Positions 1 to 8,360 are shown, counted from the stretch's first letter. The stretch: 25,987 nt of DNA from Elainellaceae cyanobacterium (GCA_044356135.1 JBIKWV010000001.1:1-25987); one strand, 5' to 3'. A program made the numbers and translations. Notes: generated by a model from the letters alone, not told the origin.

Positions 1-232
1 CCCTTGAGGGACATCAAGGTCCTGACAAAATGGTATACGAATTTTTCGGCTTCGTCTCTCCCCCCGGAGAGCGCTGCTCTGATTGTACTAATTCTAAGCG
101 AAGAGTCAATTACCTTCCACTACTTCCTGATCACCTGAATTCCTTACTGGATGCATCCTGGAGCCGATCGCACTCCGCAGAAATTGACAGGTGGCTCTGG
201 TATCTGGAAACAGAGTTTGAGGGGGTGCAGAA

Positions 233-3200
233 GTGAACCCTTCAAATTCACGCCTGGACGGCTTTTCAGAGAAAATTGAGCGCGAATTTTGCGAGGGTTC
301 TGCGATCGCTCAACCGCTATTCAATACGGCGGTCAGAGTCGTTGAGGACACTGGGTTCTGGGAGCCTAACGTTGCACTAAATCAGCACGTTTCCCGCTTC
401 TACGAAACGCGCAGACCGCACCATTTCAGCGCGATCGCTTTTTTCCAGCAAGAAGTTGGAGAGCTTTGGCAAGGGAAGCCAGAATGCCCAAGGATTGACC
501 CCAAAAAGGACACTCCGATCAAATACGAAAACCCCGCAGGCATTGGAGCGCGGGGCTACCTGCCGCCAGTTCCACCAGAAATTCGGCAAACAATTGGCGA
601 TCGCTTTGGGTGCGGCATTCCACTGGAGGGCAGCTTCTGGGAGTGGCTTGAGCAACACCCGGAAATTCCCGTAATCCTGACGGAGGGCGGGAAAAAAGCG
701 CTTTGCCTGCTCAGCCTGGGCTATGTGGCGATCGCTCTCACTGGCGTTTATGGTGGGCACGTCGTCAATGAAACGATTGCAGGACAGAAGGTAAGACTTG
801 CTGCTCCTCACCTGATTCCCGACCTGGACCGGTTCGCAGCGCCAGGGCGGCGATTTATTCTCGCGTTTGACCAGGATGCAAAGCAGGAGACCCGCGAACG
901 GGTGGATATCGCCATACATGGCCTATCAGCTCTGCTGACCCAATCTGGTAGTCTGGCGCAGATTGCATCCTGGGACGGAGCCACTGGAAAGGGCATTGAT
1001 GACTACTGCGTTGCGGATGGAGCCGCGGCGGTGGAACAGACCCTCGACGGAGCAGTTAGCTTTGAGGAATGGGCAATAGCCCGCAACATCGCGCGGCGGG
1101 TCCGTCGCAGGCCCAATCTCAATATCGGAGATTCAGAGTTCATTGAGTACGCAGATTCGCTACCTACAGCAGGAATTTTGGCGCTGTACGGGGGCAAGGG
1201 AACTGCCAAAAGCAAAGCCATTCACGCGCTAATCAAGGAGCGTTTCTGGCTGTCGGTTGCACCCCTGCAATCGATCGCTCGTGAGCAGGCGGAGAACTGG
1301 GGCGGAGCGTTCGTCAATGATGGCGACAGCTTCAACGGCATGTTGCTGAATGAACACAACCAGCCAGTCAAAGGCGGCTCTGTATGCCCACCATCACTCC
1401 TGAAAGTGCTGAAGGTAGAGTGCGATGTGCTGGTTCTAGACGAGCTGGTGGCCGCACTTCGATTCCTGCTGGAGTCGAGATTAGCCAATAAGGACGGCAT
1501 CAGACCCCTGCTGCTAACGGAGCTGGAGCGCAGAATCAAAACTGCGCGGTTGGTGATTTTGGCAGATGCAGACCTGACAGAGGAAGCGATCGCGTTTGTC
1601 GAAAACATCCGAGGGGAGCGGGCGTTTCTGGTGCGCTCCGAACGCAAGCCATTGACCTGGCAAGCCAGCATCATCGACGGCAGCGAACGGGAGGCGATCG
1701 CGCAGTTTCTGGAGCAGGCAGAGGCGCTGCCAGACGACAAGGTGATTTATCTCAACTCCGACAGCAAGGCGCTGGTGAACACCCTGGTCGGGCTGCTTAC
1801 AGAGCGGGGCATCAAATCCTTGCCCATTACTCAGGACACCAGCAGCGGCGACATAGAACGCAGTTTTTTAGCTTCTAAGGGGCACGATCTGCCTTTGCTG
1901 GTCAGAGATGGGGTGAAAGTGATTCTGAGCAGCCCCAGCGTCACCCAGGGTTTCAGTATTGAGCAGAACACCAACCTGGTGGATTCCGTCTGGGGCATTT
2001 ACCAGGGGGTGAGCATCTCTGCTGACGCGATCGCGCAGGCGATGGACCGCGTTCGATCGATGGTTCCAAGAACACTCTGGGTGGCGAAGAAGGGGCGTGC
2101 ATATAGTCGAATTTCAAGGGCAACCAATGCCCGTGAGTTCCTGCGCGAGTTCAAGTCTGCCAGCACGGCCACTGCTCGAATAGCGCGGCTCTCGCTGAAA
2201 CCATCTACCGCTAGAACTGCCGACGGCATTGATTGGGAGTCTGAGCATCTTAGACTGCTGGCAGAGCTGGAGGCCGCCAGAAATCGCGGCATGGTTGCAC
2301 TGCGCTCAACTGTTGTTGCGCTTCTCAAGCATGAAGGTAAGCGGATAGAGTTCATCCCTCCAGCGGTTTCCCCAGTTGATGTGGAGCTGCTGGGCGCTGA
2401 AATTCGCAAACTGCGGGAGAAAGCCGAGCAGGAGCGGATGAATGCAATGCTCAAGGAGCGAGATATATCCGACGACGAAGCGGCGGCGCTGGAGCGCAAA
2501 GCGCAGACTGAAGTGCTGAGTCCCTCAGAAGCAAACTGCCTGAAAAAATTCTATCTGCGTCGGTTTTACCGGGTGGAAACTGTGACGGCGGCTTTAGTTG
2601 TTGGCGATCGCAACGGCAAAACCCAAACGGAAATTATCAACCTCGAAACGGCACTGGATGAAGCAGCGGCGCTGGAGCGCAGCGCCAGGTCTATCGAAAA
2701 AAGTCCTACCACTCCGCAGGATTGGAATCCAGCAGCACTACGCCGATGGTTGCTGGCACAATCAGGGGGACTGAAGCTGATCCAGGACATCTGGAGCAGC
2801 CAAATAGAGGAGCTGCGGGAGGAGCTGTGGCGGCCCGTCGCTCAGGCGATGCAGCGGCATAGCAGAGAGTTCAAAATTGCCTTTAAATTCAGCAATATCG
2901 ACAAGGTTGAGCCATTCCAGGCGATCGCCACTTTACTGGACTGGTGCGGTATCAAACGGATCAGGCACAGACGGCGCATGGGGAAGGAGGTTTTGAGCTT
3001 CTACACCATCGATTCTGCCCATCTGGAGCGAGTCAGGGCTATTGTGCGCCGACGGGCACAGGCCGATCCACCCCCCCAAGAAAGTGACTTTTACCAGGGG
3101 GGTGGATCGGTCCCAGACTGGGATGCGCTAAGGACTGTAATTACCTTTGCCATACAAAGAGGGGAGTTTCAGCCCCAGCAAGTTCCTGACCTAGAGGAGC

Positions 3201-3400
3201 ATGGAACGGCGATCTCGATGGCAACCAGCAGGCCCGCTGTAGAAGTGCTGCCTCACCTGGTTACCGAATGGAGGTTCTTGTCGCCAGAGGTTAAAGCAGA
3301 CCTGTGCGAGATGTGGGATACCGCAGATGCAGAGAATCTCTTCCTCATCCTGCGCGACATCTGGGCGCTTGTAGACTCACTCCGGAGGGCTGCTGCATGA
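233..3400 (+). CDS. repA: Plasmid replication initiator, DUF3854 (Toprim-like) primase plus SF2-like helicase (CyRepA1/Slr7037 type)
   Basis: HPEIPVILTEGGKKA...LGYVAIALTGV and FILAFDQD (DUF3854); deviant Walker A GGKGTAKS; Walker B VLVLDE; SPSVTQGFSI and QAMDRVR resemble SF2 motifs V/VI; GTG start after a G-rich RBS. Confidence 0.9.
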   Translation: MNPSNSRLDGFSEKIEREFCEGSAIAQPLFNTAVRVVEDTGFWEPNVALNQHVSRFYETRRPHHFSAIAFFQQEVGELWQGKPECPRIDPKKDTPIKYENPAGIGARGYLPPVPPEIRQTIGDRFGCGIPLEGSFWEWLEQHPEIPVILTEGGKKALCLLSLGYVAIALTGVYGGHVVNETIAGQKVRLAAPHLIPDLDRFAAPGRRFILAFDQDAKQETRERVDIAIHGLSALLTQSGSLAQIASWDGATGKGIDDYCVADGAAAVEQTLDGAVSFEEWAIARNIARRVRRRPNLNIGDSEFIEYADSLPTAGILALYGGKGTAKSKAIHALIKERFWLSVAPLQSIAREQAENWGGAFVNDGDSFNGMLLNEHNQPVKGGSVCPPSLLKVLKVECDVLVLDELVAALRFLLESRLANKDGIRPLLLTELERRIKTARLVILADADLTEEAIAFVENIRGERAFLVRSERKPLTWQASIIDGSEREAIAQFLEQAEALPDDKVIYLNSDSKALVNTLVGLLTERGIKSLPITQDTSSGDIERSFLASKGHDLPLLVRDGVKVILSSPSVTQGFSIEQNTNLVDSVWGIYQGVSISADAIAQAMDRVRSMVPRTLWVAKKGRAYSRISRATNAREFLREFKSASTATARIARLSLKPSTARTADGIDWESEHLRLLAELEAARNRGMVALRSTVVALLKHEGKRIEFIPPAVSPVDVELLGAEIRKLREKAEQERMNAMLKERDISDDEAAALERKAQTEVLSPSEANCLKKFYLRRFYRVETVTAALVVGDRNGKTQTEIINLETALDEAAALERSARSIEKSPTTPQDWNPAALRRWLLAQSGGLKLIQDIWSSQIEELREELWRPVAQAMQRHSREFKIAFKFSNIDKVEPFQAIATLLDWCGIKRIRHRRRMGKEVLSFYTIDSAHLERVRAIVRRRAQADPPPQESDFYQGGGSVPDWDALRTVITFAIQRGEFQPQQVPDLEEHGTAISMATSRPAVEVLPHLVTEWRFLSPEVKADLCEMWDTADAENLFLILRDIWALVDSLRRAAA
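3063..3110. repeat. 14-bp perfect inverted repeat with 20-nt spacer inside the 3' end of rep
   Basis: CCGATCCACCCCCC (3063-3076) and GGGGGGTGGATCGG (3097-3110) are exact reverse complements. Confidence 0.9.
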
Positions 3401-3546
3401 ACTCGAAGTGCCCCAACCTTCACAGCCTGCTGGCCGTCGCCCTGAAGCTCAGCGAGGCCGATCGCAGCGTCCTACTGAGGCAGGCTCAGCAGATGTTGAG
3501 CGGCCAGCAGGAAAAACCACCTCACCCGGAGCGACAAGCAGCATAA
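3397..3546 (+). CDS. Small helical hypothetical protein (49 aa), translationally coupled to rep
   Basis: ATG overlaps the rep stop (ATGA); MNSKCPNLHSLLAVALKLSEADRSVLLRQAQQML. Confidence 0.55.
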   Translation: MNSKCPNLHSLLAVALKLSEADRSVLLRQAQQMLSGQQEKPPHPERQAA

Positions 3547-3719
3547 GCCATCAGCAGCAGCCGATCCTCGCTCAAGTCAATGCCCTGCTGAACCGAATGT
3601 CTGAGGACGATCGGCTCCGAGTACTGCGGTTCTGCGAAAACGTGCTGAAGTCGCGCCAGGGCAAACGGGCAAAGCGGATCCAGCGGGAAGAAGTGGGGGG
3701 CTGGCGGATTGGGAAATAA
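3543..3719 (+). CDS. Small hypothetical protein, start uncertain
   Basis: 3' part of ORF 3408..3719 (LLNRMSEDDRLRVLRFCENVLKSRQGKR) reads as an amphipathic helix similar to the preceding ORF; possible starts are ATA 3543 or ATG 3598. Confidence 0.35.
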   Translation: MSHQQQPILAQVNALLNRMSEDDRLRVLRFCENVLKSRQGKRAKRIQREEVGGWRIGK

Positions 3720-3741
3720 AGTACAAATGAAGTATAAATAA

Positions 3742-3755
3742 AGTACAAAAGTACC
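3742..3755 (+). promoter_or_regulatory. Cyanobacterial LexA (SOS) box
   Basis: AGTAC-AAA-A-GTAC-C matches the consensus RGTACNNNDGTWCB exactly; lies in an AT-rich intergenic region 52 nt upstream of the SprT-like gene. Confidence 0.65.
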
Positions 3756-3807
3756 ATAATTAAAAGACGGCGTAATAGAATAAAACTACATCTAGTTATA
3801 TGTAGTC

Positions 3808-4392
3808 ATGCCAGACGTTGAAGTTGTCGATTTTGACCGTTCTCCGCTGAGTTTCGAGCAGATGCGCCAGTTGACGACTTGGTCATGGGGAGAGATGGGA
3901 GCCTGTATTGCGGATTTATGGCTGCAATTCAACGAAAGACATTGGGCAGGAATGCTGATGCCCTGTCCGATCTGGTTTCCCCGAACTTTGCCCTATTGGA
4001 GAAGGAAGGGTAAGTGTACCGGAAACCTTTATGGTCAGACTCTGCACATTCAAATTCTCTTGGGCCTACCTATGCAGGAAAAAGCGAATGTTCTTCTGCA
4101 CGAAATGATTCATCAATACCTTTTGCAAGCAGAGAAGCCTACAGAGCATAACGACTGGCCTTGGTGCGATGAAGTCATGCGCTTGAGTAAAGACATTTTT
4201 GGTCTTGACATCTGGGCCGCGCCAGCGCACCCTCGCAAGGTTAGAGGGAAATCCCAACGAGTACAGCAGGTTCGCGCTGATGGCAGAAAAAGTATTTCCA
4301 TGCAGGTGATTGCTGAGTGGCCCCAGAGTACTGGGTGGCAGATTGACATCGAAGAGTACATAAAATTTCCTTCTCAAATTTGGTTTTGCTGA
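3808..4392 (+). CDS. SprT-like zinc metalloprotease domain protein
   Basis: VLLHEMIHQY (HExxH) followed by a third His (TEHNDWPW); LWLQFNERHWAGML helix typical of the SprT N-terminus. Confidence 0.8.
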   Translation: MPDVEVVDFDRSPLSFEQMRQLTTWSWGEMGACIADLWLQFNERHWAGMLMPCPIWFPRTLPYWRRKGKCTGNLYGQTLHIQILLGLPMQEKANVLLHEMIHQYLLQAEKPTEHNDWPWCDEVMRLSKDIFGLDIWAAPAHPRKVRGKSQRVQQVRADGRKSISMQVIAEWPQSTGWQIDIEEYIKFPSQIWFC

Positions 4393-4499
4393 TGTCAGTG
4401 AGACAGAGGCAGTCTTAAGGGGGGTCTGCGAAACGAACCCCATGCACAATCCCAAATGCAGCTATTCAGGGTGACGAGAAACAACAACCACAGCCCAAC

Positions 4500-4799
4500 T
4501 TGAGGCCGATTTTGAGTAACTTTAACTTCTTGTTCGATGAAAACCAATTTCTGCGGGAGAATGCCAAGTATTTTGCGCAGGGAGAAGGATTCAGTCACCC
4601 AGAGTTCAACTTGACCAAGCAGGGGACCTTGCTGCGAGCCTACCCCCATCTTGCCGATAAGCTTAAGGCTGCTGGAGAGAGCGAGACCCGCCTATGCAAA
4701 GTCGCGCTTGATAAGCTCAAGGCGGATGAGCAGGATCTGCTGGAAAAGTTCACTGTTGTTCGCGGAAAAATCGCCAAACTCCAGTCCCGCCGCCCATGA
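4500..4799 (+). CDS. Hypothetical protein with C-terminal coiled coil
   Basis: 99-aa ORF with TTG start, co-oriented with sprT; heptad-like C-terminus (LDKLKADEQDLLEKFTVVRGKIAKLQ). Confidence 0.45.
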   Translation: MRPILSNFNFLFDENQFLRENAKYFAQGEGFSHPEFNLTKQGTLLRAYPHLADKLKAAGESETRLCKVALDKLKADEQDLLEKFTVVRGKIAKLQSRRP

Positions 4800-4989
4800 T
4801 GATTGTCGATGAGTCCAGGCGATCGCGTCACCGCAGTAGACTCCGCCGCTGTATCTGTAGCCGGTGGTGGTTTAGGCTGTGGCACTGGCTCCTGTGGAGG
4901 GCGATCGCTCCAGCCGTGGGGTGAGGATCTGCAACGGTGGGGTGTTGCAACTCCTATAAGTTGCAGCACCGCTCACTGTACTACCGCAT

Positions 4990-5051
4990 ACCGCAGAGCC
5001 AAAAGCCTTACCTGGCGATCGCCCGCCAGGTAAGGCTTTTGGCTCTGCGGT
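4990..5051. repeat. 28-bp perfect inverted repeat with a HIP1 site at its apex (hairpin or bidirectional terminator)
   Basis: ACCGCAGAGCCAAAAGCCTTACCTGGCG (4990-5017), 6-nt loop, exact reverse complement at 5024-5051; GCGATCGC at 5015-5022; lies between convergent genes. Confidence 0.9.
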
Positions 5052-5128
5052 GCGGTGGGCCTTGCCGCAGGGGATAAGCCCTCAAGTGTTGCAGCAACCG
5101 TCGTCCCTGATGAGGGCGATCGCCAGCG

Positions 5129-5971
5129 TTACCCAGCATCGAACTTATCGACCTCGTTTCCCCAGCTCTCCCATCCGGGCCTGCGTTGGCGGGCAAATAA
5201 CTCCAGTCGGTTTTCTACCGGGCAGAGCTGCTCGACCAGGGTGTAAAAAACCTCCGGTTTCCTGCTGTGCTCGCGCCTGGGGGCCATCAACACCGTGGAT
5301 TGATTGGTGAGCGTCCTGAGATGTCGGAAGCTGCGGGCCTCGCCCCTGGTGGCAATAATGCAGTGCTCTGTCGCGTTCCTGAGCCAGTGCCCCACGCCAA
5401 TATGAACGCCGCCTGCCTTGGTGGTTTTGACCCAGGTGAGAATCGTCTTGGGTGACATCCCCCACCGTTTAATGCAGTTGTAAGCTTCCGCCATGAAGTT
5501 GTTGGTGGTCCAGAGCCATAACACCGCGCCGGTGCGATCGCACAGTTCAAGAACGGGCAGTGCAAGAATCTCCTCCGTTTCCATGGGTGGGTAAGGAATC
5601 CGATTGCGATGGGTTTTATCGTTGGCCCGCAACTCGTATTTCCACGGCGGGTCAACGACCAGGCACTGGTACTTCTGGGTTGGCAGCGGTGGAATCTCGA
5701 AGGGATCTGGGTGAGCTACGATTCTCCTGCTCCTTCGCTGTGCTGCCTCCAGCACATCCAATTCAGGAGCACCGTTGAGCTGCCTCAGCAGGTGATCTCC
5801 CTCAAACTTGCTCAGTTCACCTTCCTTGACCAGTTCCTTGATTTTGCAGCGGGCAGCGGCCTCGGAATTCGCAAGGTAGCGATGCCTTTTTCTCCACTGC
5901 CCGTCGCACTTCTCATTCCAAGCTAGATACCAATAATCGCGCCCCTTAATAGTTTTGGTAACGATGTGCAT
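5129..5971 (-). CDS. MT-A70 family N6-adenine methyltransferase (orphan) with an extra N-terminal domain
   Basis: YQCLVVDPPW catalytic motif; LWLWTTN; HWLRNATEHC; REHSRKPE; RLELFARQRRPGWESWGNE (MT-A70 signature). Confidence 0.92.
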   Translation of the reverse strand: MHIVTKTIKGRDYWYLAWNEKCDGQWRKRHRYLANSEAAARCKIKELVKEGELSKFEGDHLLRQLNGAPELDVLEAAQRRSRRIVAHPDPFEIPPLPTQKYQCLVVDPPWKYELRANDKTHRNRIPYPPMETEEILALPVLELCDRTGAVLWLWTTNNFMAEAYNCIKRWGMSPKTILTWVKTTKAGGVHIGVGHWLRNATEHCIIATRGEARSFRHLRTLTNQSTVLMAPRREHSRKPEVFYTLVEQLCPVENRLELFARQRRPGWESWGNEVDKFDAG

Positions 5972-5977
5972 TTCTCT

Positions 5978-6000
5978 TAGTACCTAACTGTTAGGTACTA
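5978..6000. promoter_or_regulatory. Palindromic operator upstream of the MT-A70 gene
   Basis: TAGTACCTAAC-T-GTTAGGTACTA, perfect 11-bp arms, 6 nt upstream of the ATG; a TACAAT -10-like hexamer lies next to it on the minus strand. Confidence 0.55.
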
Positions 6001-6015
6001 TTGTATATTCCCATA

Positions 6016-6030
6016 AAGGTATTAGACCTT
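6016..6030. repeat. par-associated site copy 1 (AAGGTATTAGACCTT)
   Basis: Identical 15-mer at 7258-7272; 13-bp inverted copy at 6915-6927. Confidence 0.75.
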
Positions 6031-6077
6031 AATGATTTATAGACTTAAAACCTTAATAGGCAAAAGCTATTAAGAAT

Positions 6078-6497
6078 TTATAGGTTTAGAGCTTTTCTCA
6101 AGTCCTGAATACTGCGAATCTCATCCCAGTTTACGTCTGTAGCCTTGAGCAGCTCTACTGCCGTCTGAATGAGGTGCTGAGGGTAGACGCGATCGCTTGC
6201 TGGTACCGGGGCATCGTTGTTCTGCCTCACCTGTTTTGCCGTATCAGCGAGCCACTCCTGCTGTGATTCGAGAATTTTGATATTCACAGTCACTAAACGC
6301 TCCTTTTGCTTCTGGGTTCGTTTTTTGGCAGCGGGTTTCTCTGTCGAGGGTTGGGGTGTTGCCTCCGGCGCTGGGGCAGTTGGGGGAGGTGGTTGAATAG
6401 ACTCCTGCTGGGGTGGTGTTGCAGCGGGCGCTGGTGCAGGAGTAGGCTTTCCCCCAAAATCTCTCAACCCCAGTCCCCCCATTCTTTTCTGGCTCAT
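6078..6497 (-). CDS. ParA partner / putative centromere-binding protein (type Ib-like)
   Basis: ATG at 6497 overlaps the parA stop (ATGA); Pro/Ala-rich disordered N-terminus followed by a folded C-terminal domain (LVTVNIKILESQQEWLADTA...), the usual layout of small ParA partners. Confidence 0.75.
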   Translation of the reverse strand: MSQKRMGGLGLRDFGGKPTPAPAPAATPPQQESIQPPPPTAPAPEATPQPSTEKPAAKKRTQKQKERLVTVNIKILESQQEWLADTAKQVRQNNDAPVPASDRVYPQHLIQTAVELLKATDVNWDEIRSIQDLRKALNL

Positions 6498-7225
6498 TTT
6501 TTCAGACCCCACAGTTTGACGACTTCTTTCCCCAGCGACTTATAGGCGATAGCTCCGCTGCTCGACGGCGCGTACTCCAGAACGGGCTTCTGTTGAGCGA
6601 TCGACTCTGCCACCGTGATGTTTTCGGGAATAGCTGTGTAGAGCAGGTGATAGCCGAGATCCGATGCTCCTGTTACCAGAAGGTCATCAGCCTCCCTGGT
6701 AAGCACCAAGTTGCGTTTGTATCTGCTCCGCAGCACGTCGATAGGCTTATCGGGGCTGTCGTCCCTGATGAGGGCGATTGCCTCACTCAACCCTTTTAAG
6801 GCGGCTGGTTCTGGCAGCGTGGGCAGCAGCACTCTATCTGCTGCAAGGATGGCCTGCACTGAAACAAAACCCAGATTGGGAGGGCAATCGAGCATTACCA
6901 CATCATGCTCTAATGGTCTAATACCTTTAAGGGATTTTGGGAATAAATCATCATCCGATGTGAGGCGAAACATCCCAATATCGCCGGGAATGACAAACAG
7001 GTTTTTCGACTGTGTGACTTGTGGCGCGATCGCCTCATCCTGGGTTAGCCAATCAAGTGCTGTTGGCTCGCTGCCGTCGAGGCCCAAACCAAAGGACATC
7101 GTTCGCTGTCCGTCGAGGTCAATCAGCAGCACCCGATGAGTTTTTGCCAGGGCAGCGCCCAGGTTAATAGCAGTGGTTGATTTTGATGTGCCACCCTTCA
7201 GATTCCAAATAGCGACTGTCAGCAT
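6494..7225 (-). CDS. parA: ParA family partition ATPase
   Basis: NLKGGTSKST deviant Walker A; VLLIDLDGQ; VVMLDCPP Walker B; AADRVLLP; IPENITVAESIAQQKPVLEYAPSS. Confidence 0.95.
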   Translation of the reverse strand: MLTVAIWNLKGGTSKSTTAINLGAALAKTHRVLLIDLDGQRTMSFGLGLDGSEPTALDWLTQDEAIAPQVTQSKNLFVIPGDIGMFRLTSDDDLFPKSLKGIRPLEHDVVMLDCPPNLGFVSVQAILAADRVLLPTLPEPAALKGLSEAIALIRDDSPDKPIDVLRSRYKRNLVLTREADDLLVTGASDLGYHLLYTAIPENITVAESIAQQKPVLEYAPSSSGAIAYKSLGKEVVKLWGLKK

Positions 7226-7257
7226 TTCGCCCTCACATCTAATGGTGAAATCCTAAC

Positions 7258-7272
7258 AAGGTATTAGACCTT
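7258..7272. repeat. par-associated site copy 3 (AAGGTATTAGACCTT), in the parA promoter region
   Basis: Identical to 6016-6030; 32 nt upstream of the parA start. Confidence 0.75.
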
Positions 7273-7332
7273 TTTGGGATTAAATGAGGTCTACTTAGAA
7301 TAATGAGTGCGAGGATTAGCTGCGCTGCCCCT

Positions 7333-7464
7333 CTACCCTGCACTGAGTAGCCGCAAACGATTCCGAGGTAGATCCACCTGCCACTCCAGCCTGGTCAGCC
7401 TGTCCCCTACCGTGCGGGACTCTTCGCCTAGGTACCGGGCGATTGCTTCCTGTTGGCGATTCCT
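7333..7464 (-). pseudogene. 5'-truncated paralog of the RHH gene at 13685..13903
   Basis: Translates as EAIARYLGEESRTVGDRLTRLEWQVDLPRNRLRLLSAG*; 20/37 identical to EAIALYLREEAPTVGDRLSRVERELENLKRRFRLFSD; no start codon, in frame directly after the parE stop. Confidence 0.75.
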
Positions 7465-7773
7465 TCAGTTATTCTGCTCGTCTGAAAAGAGGGTGTCTAA
7501 GTCCCGATAGCCACTAAGGATACGTTCGATCGAAATTCCCTTTTCATTTGGGCGGTAGAAAATGATGTAGTTGCCGACAGGGAAGCCTCTTAGGTTAGGA
7601 AATAATTCCTCATAGCTCCGTCCCATGCCAGGAAAGTTGGCCAGCTTCTGGAAGCGCTCAGCGATCGCCAACAGAAATTCTTCTGCCCGATCTAGGCTGT
7701 CACGGGCGATGTAATTCTTGATGTCTTTGAGGTCCTGTCGCGCTTGGGCACTAAAAGTGAAGCGTTTCTTCAT
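7465..7773 (-). CDS. parE: RelE/ParE family type II toxin
   Basis: FTFSAQARQDLKDIKNYIA...LANFPGMGR...LRGFPVGNYIIFYR...IERILSGYRDL. Confidence 0.92.
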   Translation of the reverse strand: MKKRFTFSAQARQDLKDIKNYIARDSLDRAEEFLLAIAERFQKLANFPGMGRSYEELFPNLRGFPVGNYIIFYRPNEKGISIERILSGYRDLDTLFSDEQNN

Positions 7774-8036
7774 TACTGAGTTTGGCGAGCCTGGTCAATC
7801 TCTCCTAAGAGTTCCTGAATGACCTCTTCTCCGTCAAATACTTCCCCGCGATCGCTCTGCCTAATGCCAACCGCAATCTCCCTACGAAGGGTTTCAAGAC
7901 GCAGCTCGCGAAGGCGATCGCGCTCCTCCAGTAGACGTAAGGCTTCCCTCACGACCTCACTGGCAGACAGGTAGCGACCGCTCTCGACCTTTTGATGGAC
8001 GAACTGTTCGAGTTCTGGCGTAAGGGAGACGTTCAT
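7773..8036 (-). CDS. parD: ParD family antitoxin (CC2985-like RHH)
   Basis: MNVSLTPELEQFVHQKVESGRYLSASEVVREALRLLEE; TAATG overlap with the toxin gene; ATG at 8036 preferred over the longer ORF start. Confidence 0.92.
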   Translation of the reverse strand: MNVSLTPELEQFVHQKVESGRYLSASEVVREALRLLEERDRLRELRLETLRREIAVGIRQSDRGEVFDGEEVIQELLGEIDQARQTQ

Positions 8037-8360
8037 AGGTAGAGCCTGCAAGGTAACGACAGGACTACCTCTAATTTTGCTGCTATTAGCAAAGAATGTC
8101 AAAGTTTGCTATTGCAATCTTTCCACTGGAAAAAGGTTGTATTAGAGTGGATTAGCTTAGATGCCTTGGGAGACGGAGATTGGTTCGGGAACGCAAGCAC
8201 AATGGTAACGGTACAACAACCGTTGAGCAGTCAGAATTACCTTTAGCTCAGAAGGAAAATGGTGAGCCAGGAATCACGACATTGGAGAACTGGCCGTGAT
8301 TGCTGCTCAACGTTAGCTCGCAAAGACCACAAGGAAGCATTGCCCGGAATGTACCAGCCC

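Noticed and set aside
30-236. 68-aa ORF overlapping the rep start
   Set aside because: No recognisable motif or convincing RBS; could be a leader peptide but cannot be supported from the sequence.
5100-5160. CTGATGAG resembling a hammerhead ribozyme core (also at ~6765)
   Set aside because: No correctly placed GAAA after stem II and no stems I/III; the second copy is parA coding sequence.
5750-5971. IS1634 transposase remnant
   Set aside because: Resemblance is limited to ~35 residues fused in frame to the MTase; no DDE domain or terminal repeats.
8259-8360. Longer start for the first RM gene
   Set aside because: The extension looks non-conserved; the family-like sequence begins at MNYVKSKQR.
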